Positions 1 through 12,110 of a stretch of DNA of 46,127 nucleotides are shown here, piece by piece. Source of the DNA: Octopus bimaculoides (lineage: Eukaryota); NCBI RefSeq assembly GCF_001194135.2, contig NC_068982.1:163679235-163725361 (forward strand), in the 5' to 3' direction. The notes below the pieces were generated by a model that saw nothing but the letters and a program-made list of their open reading frames with translations, searched no databases and was not told the origin of the DNA. The position numbers and the translations under genes were made by a program. Position 1 is the stretch's first letter; the number at the start of each line of letters is the position of its first letter.

Positions 1-458
1 TATGTTTTACAAAAATGACATTATCGAAAGATAGCGGAATATTCAATTTCCTAAAAATGGCATGTTATAACGAACCCATCATACAAAACCCAAAGGATGT
101 ACAAAACAGATGCAAAAAAAAAAAAAGCTAAAACAAAATCCAGAAAGTGAGCAATTGTAACCCTCCTATCCATGTCACCATATGAAGATCTGCCTAGGTC
201 TGGAAGGCTAAACAGTTTCAGTGAAATACAACTCTCTGAATCCCTCCCTCTGTTTGGTTTCCAACTGAAAATAACAAAGGGAGGTGCATCTGTAAGTAAA
301 GTTACAAGAAGTCACCTGCAGCAATCTTTTTGTCTACAGCCGTTCCTATCAATGTAAGGCCAGGAGCATGAAAAAATAATGAACCATGGTAATTTTGAAT
401 CACTCTGCATGTATATATATATATATATACTCAAATAAACATATGTACAAACACACGC

Positions 459-498
<40 letters not shown>

Positions 499-728
499 TC
501 ACACATACATACACATGCACATATGTAGATATAAGTATATATATAGATTCAGTAGGGTTTTTAAATACCATTTGCTATAATCAGAGCTGTCGCTCCCAAA
601 CCACCATTAACTTACTATAATGATACATACAGGCAATGCAACGAACATAGGAGAAACAGGCTTACCTTGTGTTGAATACATAAGTAAGGAATGTATATAT
701 ATACATACATATGTATGTGTATATATAT

Positions 729-1060
729 NNNNNNNNNNNNNNNNNNNNNNNNNNNNNNNNNNNNNNNNNNNNNNNNNNNNNNNNNNNNNNNNNNNNNNNN
801 NNNNNNNNNNNNNNNNNNNNNNNNNNNNNNNNNNNNNNNNNNNNNNNNNNNNNNNNNNNNNNNNNNNNNNNNNNNNNNNNNNNNNNNNNNNNNNNNNNNN
901 NNNNNNNNNNNNNNNNNNNNNNNNNNNNNNNNNNNNNNNNNNNNNNNNNNNNNNNNNNNNNNNNNNNNNNNNNNNNNNNNNNNNNNNNNNNNNNNNNNNN
1001 NNNNNNNNNNNNNNNNNNNNNNNNNNNNNNNNNNNNNNNNNNNNNNNNNNNNNNNNNNNN
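729..1060. other. Assembly gap (N run) next to (AT)n
   Basis: Run of N. Other gaps are at 3299-3308, 14720-15001, 28458-28467 and 31386-32063; most abut (AT)n or (AC)n tracts. Confidence 0.99.
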
Positions 1061-1370
1061 GACCAAAGCCTTGTGAGTGGATTTGGTAGACGAAAACTGA
1101 AAGAAACCCGTCGTATATATGTATATATATATATATATGTATGTGTGTATGTGTTTGTATGTCTGTGTTTGTCCCCTCAACATCACTTGACAACCGATGC
1201 TGGTGTGTTTATGTCCCTGTAACTTAGTGGTTTGGCAAAAGAGACCAATAAAATAAGTACTAGGCTTCCAAAGAATAAGTCCTGGGGTCGATTTGCTCGA
1301 CTAAAGGCGGTGCTCCAGCATGGCCACAGTCAAAAGACTGAAACAAGTAAAAGAGTAAAAGAGTAAAGAG
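1061..1370 (+). mobile_element. SINE body and tail (head lost in gap)
   Basis: gccttgtgagtggatttggtagacgaaaactgaaag core, internal (TA/TG)n, then the tail ...gactgaaacaagtaaaagagtaaaagag. The same modules recur throughout the window. Confidence 0.85.
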
Positions 1371-1387
1371 TATATATAATATATATT

Positions 1388-2360
1388 CAGGGTGCGATGG
1401 GTAAATTGTCGCCACTTTATATCTTTAATTTTGCACATGCGCATTGTTTTTGATTTTGTTGACTACACTGTATGGTAGGGTCAGTTGGACACCGTCTCTG
1501 TGAGAAAACACCACCATGACACAATTCACTCTGCCAGAAATATGGAAACAACATGCTGTACTGCTTGGCATTCACAGCAGAAGCTCCAATATGAACATTT
1601 CAGAGTGCTTATGTATCATTGTGAGGACAGTGCAGAGGATTCGAAAAGAATTGAATGAGTCTAATGGTGATTAAGAAGGTACAGCAGCTCGGAAAACTCA
1701 CTTTTGTAATTCTGATAAGAAAAGAACTCTTGAATTTATTGGTGAGATCCAGGCCATGATTGACAATGATCCCTCAAAGTCAATCAGGTCCATTGCCAGG
1801 GACGTGGGTATGTCTGAGTTCCTTATCAGGCAGGTAGTATATAAAGACATTTGGTATTCCTCATACAAGATCAGAAAGGGCCAGTTTTTATCCCAAGCCA
1901 TCAATAAAGAGAAGACAGACCACGCTACAAACCTTTTGAACAACTCAAGCATCCCCTGTAATCGAACATACTTTGGTTTTTATCAGATGAGAGATCGCTA
2001 TATGCAGACCCTTCTGAGATTTCAAGAGTAATGCACACAAGCAGGGGAACCCAGTCATGGTTGTTAGACAATTTCTGCGACCACATCACCCCTAAAATTT
2101 GGCTACCTAATTCCCCAGACTGCAACGCCTTTGATTATCATGTGTGGGGTGCAGTTGAGCAAGAGACCAACAGAACACCTTGTAACACCAAAGATGAACT
2201 GAAGGCAAGAATTATGGCAGTGTTCACCAACTTAAACAAGGGGACCATCCAAAAGAGTTACAGAAGATTCTGAAATCATCTGGAGTCTGTGGTTGAAGCC
2301 AGTGGTAATTTTATTGAATAAATATACCCTTTAGTATTTCAAGTATCACAAAATTTACCT
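1388..2360 (+). mobile_element. Degenerate, internally deleted Tc1/mariner (maT/DD37D-like) DNA transposon
   Basis: Begins TA-ttcagggtg. ORF 1756-2031 has an HTH-like SIRSIARDVGMSEFLIRQVV. ORF 2031-2273 has IWLPNSPDCNAFDYHVWGAVE (resembling WPPNSPDLNPLDY) and NTKDELKARI. Frameshifts and stops are present. Confidence 0.85.
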
Positions 2361-2399
2361 AAATCTCAAATTAAAAATTGGATGAAAACTATAAAAGTT

Positions 2400-2820
2400 A
2401 CAGCCAAAAATAAAATGCTTATAGGTATTTGCATGCAAAAAGCCTATTGATTTTATAAAACCACTGCTCAGGCGCAATTATCGATTTTTTGTCAACGCCA
2501 TACACTGACATCAACTCATTGCCATGAGCCTCGCTCACTCATCGATTTTCATCAAAATTGGACAAAAAGTTCAAAAGCTGCAGGAAAAATAACACTGTTA
2601 TGGGAATTTCCATTCAAACGCCCGATTGAGCTCACAAAAATCTATGCCAACTAAACATTATCAAGTTTTCGAAAAATTCCTGCCTTATTTGAACTTCAGG
2701 GCATGTGATTTACCGATGTGCCAAAAATCATTAAAATCAGTTGGATGCTGTGGGAAGAGTTAGAATAACCCCAAACACACACACAGACAGACACCATTAC
2801 ACATTTATGTATATAGATGC
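2400..2820 (+). mobile_element. Non-autonomous element resembling Helitron/Helentron-like repeats
   Basis: CpG-rich relative to flanks. The 3' part (aaaatcattaaaatcagttggatgctgtgggaagagttag...acagacagac...tatataga) resembles the ends of such elements. Family call is inference. Confidence 0.35.
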
Positions 2821-2834
2821 ATATATATATTTGT

Positions 2835-3035
2835 GTGTCTGTGTTTGTCCCTGCCACCATCGCTTGATAACTGATGTTGATGCGTTTATGTCCCCGTAAC
2901 TTAGTGGTTCGGCAAAAGAAACTGATAGAATACGTACTAGGCTTACAAAGAATAAGTCCTGGGTTCGATTTGTTCGACTAAAGGCAGTGCTCCAGCATGG
3001 TTGCAGTTAAATGACTGAAGCAAGTAAAAAAAGAG
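2835..3035 (+). mobile_element. SINE tail fragment (same family as 1061-1370)
   Basis: tccccgtaacttagtggttcggcaaaag...aagaataagtcctggg...gactgaagcaagtaaaa. Confidence 0.85.
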
Positions 3036-3077
3036 TATATATATATATAGATATAGATATATGTCTGTATAGAGGAG

Positions 3078-3292
3078 TGGAGGTGCATGGGTTAGTGGTT
3101 AGGGTGTCAGCATCATGATTGTAAGATTGTGGTTTCGATTCCTGGACCGGGCGATGCCTTGTGTTCTTGAGCAAAACACTTCATTCAACGTTGCTCCAGT
3201 CCACTCAGCTGGCAAAAATGAGTAACGCTGCGATGGACTGGCATCCCGTCCAGCTGGGGAACACATACACTAGGCTTTAAAAGGGCGAAGAT
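3078..3292 (+). mobile_element. tRNA-derived SINE with Pol III A/B boxes
   Basis: A-box-like TGGGTTAGTGG and B-box-like GGTTTCGATTCC, followed by the ttgtgttcttgagcaaaacact body. A related degenerate copy lies at ~3515-3755. Confidence 0.8.
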
Positions 3293-3779
3293 GTATAGNN
3301 NNNNNNNNTATATATATATATGTATGTGTGTGTGTGTGTATATACGTATATATGTGTATATATATATATATATATGGATATGTATATATGTGTGTATATA
3401 TATATATGTGTGTGTGTATTTATATATATACACACACAGTTACACATGTATACACATGTGAGTATAGTTACATTTATATATATATATGTGTATGAATGTA
3501 TGAAAGTGTGTTGTTTAGTGGTTAGGATATTTGTTTCATGATTGTAAGACTGTGAGTTCCATTCCTGCCAGTGTATTGTTTCCTTGAGCAAGACACTTTA
3601 TTTCATGTTGTTTCAGCTCAGCTGCCAAATATGAGTTGTACCTGTAATTCATATGGCCAAATATGAGATGTACCTGTAATTCACATTCTGTGTCATGCTG
3701 GCTCTCCCTGAGAACTATATCAAAGGCATGCATGTTTGTTGAGTGCTCAGTCAATTACCTGTTATATTCATTTAATTTT

Positions 3780-4115
3780 TTCTTAAAAGATTCAAGCTGG
3801 TCTCCAACAAATTGATAAGACTTTTTGAATTAAGAGACTCCCTCGTGTTTGTAAATGTACCATCAAATTGCTATGTTGGTTGAGCTGTCGATACACACTT
3901 AAGTGTATGCATCTGTTCATCTAAAGACTCTGAGATGGAAGATCTTTAGAATGTCTTACAAATTTTTACTGTGCTGCTAATAGATTGATTTGGAGAATTT
4001 GCATAGTTTTTATGATCTTTCTTTGAAAAGCCTATTGTAGTATTTCTAAGTTTGCATGTAAATTTGTGGGTACATAGCCTAATGCACCTATGATGATAAT
4101 TACAAATAAAAATTT
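3780..4115 (-). mobile_element. C-terminal end and 3' UTR relic of an R4/Dong-like non-LTR retrotransposon
   Basis: Minus strand with one frameshift reads FVIIIIGALGYVPTNLHANLEIL / GFSKKDHKNYANSPNQSISSTVKICKTF*. This matches the (V/I)IGALG..P..L...L..LG...Q....GT.KI ending typical of RLE-bearing elements. Confidence 0.55.
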
Positions 4116-4289
4116 ATAGTCAGGGAACATTAATTCACATTAAATTTTCTTTTTTTCCTGGACTTTTGATTGTACATTCACATCCACTGTATGTAAGTAT
4201 GTATGCACGCATGCATGCATGTATATATGTATGTATGAATGTATGTATGTATGTATGTATGTATGTATGTATGTATGTATGTATGATGT

Positions 4290-4660
4290 GAAAACCTTTA
4301 TTATGAGATGTGTGAATTGACTGAACAGAGTAAAGCCAAAAGATCCAAGATTGTGAAAGAATTTAAGGTTAATACAAACATGAATAGCAAAACATAAAAT
4401 ATTATTTATTTCATCACTTGTCCACAATGTAATGAGATCTATGTCAGCCAAACAAGAACAAAATTCATCAGAGTAGGTAAACAAAAAAAATCAAAGATGC
4501 ATGTATAAGGAATGTTCTATGGAGTGATCACTAAGACATTTGTGTGAATAGTAAATTCAAAATATTCCCTTTTTTTTAATATATAGAAAGGAAATTATCA
4601 ATTATAAATGGCAAAAGCAGAATACTGTGTAAGAATTCTAATTCTGAAATTACACTTGAA
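4290..4660 (+). mobile_element. Penelope-like element GIY-YIG endonuclease relic
   Basis: One frame reads NTNMNSKT*NIIYFITCPQCNEIYVSQTRTKFIRV. After a shift it reads SDH*DICVNSKFKIFPFF...AKAEYCVRIL (IY...CxxC...Y(V/I)GQT pattern). Confidence 0.7.
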
Positions 4661-5561
4661 ATAGTGAAAACTGCTACTGTAAACAATAGCTTTATGGATT
4701 ATCTTATAAGATAATCTATACAGAAGTAATTGTTGGCATTCTTACAGAGAAAGAGAGGTCTTCTATGAAAAACAAAGCAAAATACCAGCAAAAAAGTTAG
4801 GGAGCCTTTATGTGGTCATACAAATTGCTAGATAGCAGACAAATCTCCTTCGAATTTCACCATAGCAGTTTTCAAATGAGAAAAAAGATAATGGATTGTG
4901 TGTGGTCATAAATATATTGTGTCTGAATACATGATGGGATGGTCATGGCTGGAATATCTTGATCAGAAGTTTGCTTAATCAAAGCTATGCCGGAGTGGAA
5001 CAACAACAACAATGATAAAAAATGCCAACAAAAGAAATAAGCTTGATTCATGAGCAGGCTGTGCCATATTTTATACAAAAAAGTAATTCTGAATAATATA
5101 TACATGCAAATTTTATTTCAGGATGGAGACTAACTCAAAGTAAAAGCTAATCAGTTGTCTAGGCGACCACAGAACAGTTTGAATTTGTTTGCTTGACTTT
5201 TTATTTTATGTTTATGTGAACATAATTTTCACTTAGTGGTAAATCTATAATCTATACAGAGTGGTAAAAGTCTAGAATACTTAAACATCCTTTAACAGAT
5301 GCAAAACTTGTTTGGAGAATCAATGTTTGCCTCATTGATTCCTACAACAGGTTTCTTGCGTGAAATTGAGTTTGATAACAGTTGAATGCACTCTCTCTTG
5401 GTATCATGGAAAACAGTTGTTTAAATGATAATGGGTGATGCTTCTGATAAGAAGGATTGTTCCTACTTTTTGTGCTTTATAAATATTTAAAAAATGTCAA
5501 AACCTTAAAACATAGACAACAGTATGATAATAAACATATTAATTAATAAAACTCTTGGTAT

Positions 5562-5730
5562 AGGTATGGCTGTGTGGTTAAGAAGCTTGCTTCCCAACTA
5601 TGTGGTCTAGAGTTCAGTCCCACTGTGCAGCATTTTAGTAAGTGTCTTCTACTAAAGCCTTGGTCCAACCAAAACCTTGTGAGTGGATTTGGTATATGGA
5701 GACTGAATGAAACTAGTTGTGTATGTGTCT

Positions 5731-5774
<44 letters not shown>

Positions 5775-6012
5775 CTTTGCTGTGTAAACAAGCATTGCTG
5801 TCATGTAAATGTTATCGTTCATTTCCATTCATTCATGAAAAAACATATCTGGCGATGTCTGGCTATGGGGGAATATTACTGGTGAGGATTGGCAACAGGT
5901 AGGACATCTGACTATAGAAAATTTGCCTCAACAAATCCCGTCTTACTCATACAAGCATGAAAATTGGACATTAAATGATGATGATGATGATGATGTTGAT
6001 GATGATAATGAT
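5562..6012 (+). mobile_element. Composite SINE: tRNA-like head, core, (TG)n, RTE-type tail ending in (GAT)n
   Basis: ggctgtgtggttaagaagcttgc...ccttgtgagtggatttgg...catacaagcatgaaaattggacattaaatgatgatgatg. Confidence 0.8.
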
Positions 6013-6930
6013 TAATTTATAAAAGCACTATACAGTGGCAGGACAATTTGAAATAGGTATATTTTACAAGCTTGTGCTTTTAGTAAACAAACATCTTTAT
6101 CTTCACCATGAAATGTAGACACTGTGGTTTAACTACAATGTTTTCTCTCTGTAACCAGATAATAGATTGAGCTGACTGGTTTCAAGTTTTATTAAATTTT
6201 CACCAGTGATTGCTTTTCAATCTATAGAGAGAATAGTAGCTTATAGTTATTTACTGTATAGATAGTTTGGATAAACTTAAATTGGTCTGCCTAATTTGAA
6301 TAATGTTGCAAAAGTTGGCAACATGAATTAATTACTTAAGAAAATTACTATATAGTTGTAGCATAGTTTGGTTCTGTTTGAGTTTGTATTTACTACTGTG
6401 CAACTCTTTTCTCTGTGGATAGAAAATTTATATTTGATCTCTGATAAGAGTTAAATAAATATTGAAACTAGTCAAATTTATCACACAAACAATGGAATCC
6501 TGTGGTTCAACCACAGTTCCAACTTTTCATAGCAAGGCTAAAAGTGTGTATTTCTTAAAAAGCACATGCATGTAAGTTTACACTGTATTTCAAATTATTC
6601 TATCGATGTGCAGTGCTTCACATAGAATTTATTTTCTTCTGATAATTGAGAAGTCAGTTGTGAAACTGGGTTCTTTGTAAGCTAGAAGTCATTTCTCTAT
6701 GGTGAAATGATGAAATATGATTTGTACACTTACATGCAAATATTATGTGTGCCCATGTGCATGCATGCACACACATGCAACTTGACTCACCTACACTCCT
6801 GGTTCTTCTCCCACCATTCACATACACATACACACACACACACACACTCATACACATTCTTGAGAAAACCTGCCCAACTCAGCAAAAGTAAGTCTTGGAA
6901 GTGCTCTGTCTCTGTGTATATATATGTATG

Positions 6931-6992
<62 letters not shown>

Positions 6993-7869
6993 AGGGAGAA
7001 TGTACGAAAAAAAACAACAACAGACGAGGACAGGTGGTGTAAACAACAAAAGGATGTATACACATGTGTGTGTGTGTGTGTGTGTGTTTATATAACTGAT
7101 CTCATTTGCCCACTTTCCTCCTAACCACTTCCAAATGTAGCTTTTCGTTGTAGACACTACTAATCTTTCCCACTCTCTGAGACAATTCTACTTGATATCA
7201 ATTCCATGTCCTTAATACTGTCTTCTCCACCTACATTTTATATTGACCCCACCCCAACCACCAAATCATTTTACCTTCTCCACCACCATGTATTTCTTAC
7301 TCTCCCCAATGCACAATGCCTGACTTCCTCTTCACCCACTTTCACAACCTACCCAACTGCTTATCATCTCTGTCTGTCTGTCATTTTGTTTCTCTTTCCT
7401 TCCTTCTTTCTCTCTCTCATCCTTCCTCTGTCTACTCTTTCATTATAACTATTCTACTACACTACACCACCATGCATATTAATTACCCTTACCCCTTAAC
7501 CACTGCTCTCTACATCCCTTGCTCTTTTACTTATCAACATTCAACACTTGTTCATCATTCATTATATTCACTGCATCACCTATTTGCCATCTCTCACTCT
7601 GCCACACACTTTTGCAACTTGACTCACCTACACTCCGGGTTCTTCTCCCACCATTTACATCTCACCTTGCATCTTGAGGGTCCTCACAGTTACTTTATTA
7701 CCCCTATTTTTATCTCTTCCCACTCCACCCTGATCACTCCACCCTCACTCTTCTAAAATGTGAGTATCCATGTAGCCACTCTACAGCAAGAAACTTCGTC
7801 TGCTTTGACTCCCTTCATTTCCTAGTGTAAAGCTACTTTTCTTGTGTTTCATAATCTTGCAAGCTGCAT

Positions 7870-8066
7870 GAAAATCTGACTAGTGCTGGTGGCATGAAAA
7901 AAGTAACGAGTACAGTTTGTAAAGTGGCTGGCATTAAGAAGGTTAGCTAGCCATTGAAATGATGCCAAAGTAGACATTAGAGCTCAATGTAGAATTTGGA
8001 GTCATTGGATCCTGCCAAGCTGACTAACACACGCCAGCATAGAATATGGATGTTAAATGATGATGC
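7870..8066 (+). mobile_element. SINE 3' segment with RTE-type tail
   Basis: gtaaagtggctggcattaagaagg...cagcatagaatatggatgttaaatgatgatg. Similar segments occur at ~12485-12700, 14130-14360 and 44860-45115. Confidence 0.65.
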
Positions 8067-8235
8067 TTCCTGTAAACTAGTAAAGAATAACAGTATTAAC
8101 ATGAAGTATAACCTATCCTAGACTCATGACCATCAAGATGTGACATCACTTCACATCTTGGTGGTTATAGTTTTGCAATCCAAAAGTAAGTGATAGCTAC
8201 AAAATATCTCATGAAAAAACAAGACAGTGAAGCTC

Positions 8236-8267
<32 letters not shown>

Positions 8268-8302
8268 ATGTTTATATATCTAATGTGTTAATATATATGT
8301 GT

Positions 8303-8522
8303 GTAAGGCAGTGACTTTGCAGAATCATTAGCACACTAGACAAAATGAATTGTGACAGTTCATCTGTTGTTATGTTCCAAATTCAAATTCTGCTGTGTTA
8401 GACTTTGCCTTTCATCTTTTTGGGGTCAATAAAATAAGTACCAGTTGAGCACTGGGGTTGATGTAATCAACTTAACCCCTCCCTCTGAAATCGATGGCCT
8501 TGTGCTAAAATTTGAAACCAAT
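8303..8522 (+). mobile_element. SINE of a second family
   Basis: actttgcctttcatctttttggggtcaataaaataagtaccagttgagcactggggttgatgtaatc. A related copy lies at 32185-32400. Confidence 0.75.
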
Positions 8523-9214
8523 ATATACATGTGTGTGTGTGTTGCATGTGTTTATTGGACAGAATAGGATTCACAACACGAGTAATTTATTTTGTTTTAA
8601 AATCTGCAGTGTATTCCTGGTATGTTTCAAACTTAGAAAGAAACGTGCATGTACTATCGTCCAAATAAACATCTGTCCTCTTTCTTATGTTATTGTTGAG
8701 TACTTGACTTTAGATGGTGGCTCTCTCAGTTTTTTTTAAGCAGATGCCTAGTATATATATGTGTGTGTCTGTGTTTGGTGGACTGTCTCAATTATCACCC
8801 TATGACCATCTGTGTGCAGGGTCAAAACATTCTCTACCTGTCCCCATTGCCCCTTTCCCTATTGCCACTGGGCTTATGTAGAAAGTGTGATGTTGGTGCT
8901 AGTGACTTGCCTTCCTGAACAACCTGCATGGTTAATATTATTACAGTAGGCATAGTTTGTGCAGAGCCAGCCCCGCTCTCTTTTCCTTCAAACTGCTCCC
9001 ACTAGACTTATACATGCATGCATTCATTCATTCATTCATTCATTCATTCATACATACATACATACATACATACATACATGCATACATACATAAAATTATA
9101 TATATTTAGTTTCAAACATATATGTAATATGTATGTGTATACTTACATGTACATATACATATATAATATATATGTCTATATGTGTGTGTGTGTGTGTGTG
9201 TGTGTCTGTGTGTG

Positions 9215-10030
9215 TCTGTGTGTGTGTAGAATATTGAATGATTTCCATTGGGTTTCCTTCTTTATCAATAGTATCTATTATGTGATCAAATGTATACTGA
9301 AGATAATACACTTTAAAAGTTGCAATAGCGCCTTGATCCATTGATTGCAAAAGTGATGCTGTATTTGGTGCCATAAACATTAATACACTATTTAGATGGT
9401 GATGTTCTAGAGATTGTGGATGACAAGGTGCTTTATCTATGATCAGTAGCACATGAAATGGAATAGTTTTGGGCTTCGAAATGTTTTTTAACTTTAGGTA
9501 GAAAGTGATGCAAAAAGTAATCTCCAAATAGAAGCAATAATACAAACTTTTTTATTTGGTTTTCCCAATGACTGCTTTTATGTGGTCCTTAAGTGCATTT
9601 GGGATTTTAGCATGGAGTATGAGCTTGGGATTTAACTTACATGCTTTAGCTGTATTACTCTCAAACAGTAACATTAACAGATCTTTAGCTACTTTAATAT
9701 TTATCATTGGTGATTCTTCTTTTGCTATACAGCTTCTTGCTGGCATGTGCTTCCAAAATAGGCCAGTAGGTAACAATATTCCTCAGTTATTTTTCCTAAT
9801 GTCTTTCAGGAACAAATTTTGCTGTTTCAAAACCAGCACTTTTACATTATACCAACTAGCTCATGTTTTATTTATTTTTTTTTTTTTTGTGAAATCAGTA
9901 ATTGCTTGGAGTAAATATTTCTTTAATTACCTTCTTACTTATCTCAAAACTAGATATGGCTTTAGCACAAATAACAGTTTATGTAACAGACATGCTCATT
10001 CAGTGTGCTTGATGGCTATCTATGCTGACA
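9215..10030 (-). mobile_element. Tigger/pogo transposase relic (HTH remnant plus DDE_1 domain)
   Basis: ORF 9552-9776 reads TGLFWKHMPARSCIAKEE...KVAKDLLMLL...KLNPKLI. ORF 9096-9545 reads VLLIIDKAPCHP...MAPNTASLLQSMDQGAIATFKVYY. Frameshifted, and ends at an (AC)n tract. Confidence 0.9.
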
Positions 10031-10959
10031 AAATCTTTCCGGGTAAGAAATAAGAGGTGATCCTTTTTTTATTATGTACCCTTGTAGATTGCATTGAGTT
10101 GCACTTTTGATATTTTTCTGTATCAATTAAAATTGTACATAGAGTTGACTGGCTCAAAAGAAACTTTTGAAACTAAATATATAATAGTTCTTCTGGCCTA
10201 GTGTTCATTTATGATCTTATGTTTCTAAAATTATTGTTTTCCATTTTTTCATATTATTATCAACATTCACTGCTAAGCTATCTTTATATTTTGGCATACA
10301 GGAAGCAGAGTTGTCAAACTCAAATTCAAGTAGCAAAATATTCTATGGTTAAAAGCTAGAATCCCCACTCCTTCTAAAAGAAAATAAAAGCTACCTAATT
10401 AGCTCAAAATATACCTACTAGACGAGCATTTTAAAAAGCGATTAACTAAAATAATGTTATATTCTTTTTAAAGAAAATAATGTTATTTAAACAAAAAGTC
10501 TAACAGACCTATTTAGCTTACCTTACGTTGAATGTTGAAATTTCGTTTTTAACACTGTTAACAGGAAGTTGGTTCAGTTTCACTGAAAGGAGACCAATGA
10601 GGCCAGTGCATCTGGTTTATGGGCATAGGCTGCGAGTGTTCATCTTGCCTTTCCAGAACAAGTTTTATCAAGATTTACTGGGAACTCTAACATCTTAGAT
10701 CTTTTTTCTTTGTGCGTGACAATATCGCAGTCATCAACATGCTAGAGGTTTCAAATCAGAAATACAAAATATGTGATTTAATGATAAACTGTTTGGAGTT
10801 CAGTAAGTTTCCAGTTTTACAGTAATTATATAATTACCCCCAGAGCAATCTTAAAAGAAATTAGAAACAACTATTGTGAGGTATATAGCACCTTAGCATA
10901 GCCACAACCTCTGGCTGAAACTTATTATAGAATAATAAAAGAATAAATACAGTAGGAGC

Positions 10960-11130
10960 AGTTATATCACTCTGTTTTACACCATCACTGATTGAAATAG
11001 GTCTGAGCATTCAGCACCAATTATAATATATGCTCTAGTGGAAGACACAAGTCTAAGGGGTCATATAGTTGGAGTGAACCTGAAGCCACATGGATTCAAA
11101 GTGAACTTCTTAACCACTGAACCACACCTA
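10960..11130 (-). mobile_element. Degenerate SINE head/core
   Basis: Reverse complement gives gtggttaagaagttcac...gtgtcttccactagag, like the other head copies. Confidence 0.6.
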
Positions 11131-11699
11131 CTTAAAACATTTTATCTTGCTGTAAAATAATATTGCACTTATGGTATGAGCTGTTCTATACACCAGTTAG
11201 TCATGTAAGAAACACATTGCCTCAAGAGGAAACCAGAATGTACTAAAAACCAGTTGTAATATTGTTAAGTCATGTGAGTTGCCAAAATTATTTGAAGCTA
11301 CAGCCAAATATAATTTTACAGCAATACTGAATGCTTTAAATATTAAATATGTTTTCACAAAACAGTGGAGAAGGAGAAAGGAGCAAAAATGTCAATGACC
11401 ACACACACACAAAATACACATGCATACACACATGCACACACACACACTCACACATGCACACACACACACACTCACACATGCACACACTCACACACGCACA
11501 CACTCACACACACATTCACACTCGTGCGCGCACATACACCCACGTTTCATTAAAGACACAACTATGTTCAAATTTTATCTTTATTATTTAAAATTTTTTT
11601 TGTACTTTTGTCTTAATCTTTTGCCGCTAGTTTGCAATAATAAAGTTCCTAAATTTATATTCAACATTTTCAGATTTTCATAGTCTCATTTTGTAAAAC

Positions 11700-12110
11700 C
11701 TCACAAAACACATTACACCTGACCATAAACTTAAACTGATTATATACTACAAAAACATCAAAACCCCAAATTTCCTTATCATCAACACATCACAAGCATG
11801 TAAACCTGAGAACAAGCTACTAATGACCACTGAAATTGATTAATTTGACTATAAAACTGAAAGTTGTAAACTTCTGGACTCTAGCTGTAATATTGGACAT
11901 ACTTGTGCAACACTAATGTAGTCTCACTATGCATTTACAATGAGCAGCAACTGCAAAACACTATACTACACACCAAAGAACAAAGTTAGATTGAAAAATG
12001 TTATAAGATAATACTAATTCTATAAAACTCCTCACAAAACTATAAGATTAATCATGGAAGCTATACTCATATCACAACACAATACCACGTAATACATGCA
12101 ATACACATAT
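11700..12110 (+). mobile_element. Second Penelope-like GIY-YIG relic (ORF C-terminus)
   Basis: Frame from 11703 reads HITPDHKLKLIIYYKNIKT...ESCKLLDSSCNIGHTCATL. A shifted frame gives LTMHLQ*AATAKHYTTH, and the first frame resumes with RLIMEAILISQHNTT*YMQ (IGxT...RL..H...EAILI pattern). Confidence 0.7.

Noticed and set aside
172-357. 61-aa plus-strand ORF in unique sequence
   Set aside because: Short, with no recognisable motif or splice support on that strand.
6494-6520. Small palindrome CTGTGGTT-C-AACCACAG
   Set aside because: 8-bp arms are within chance expectation for 46 kb.
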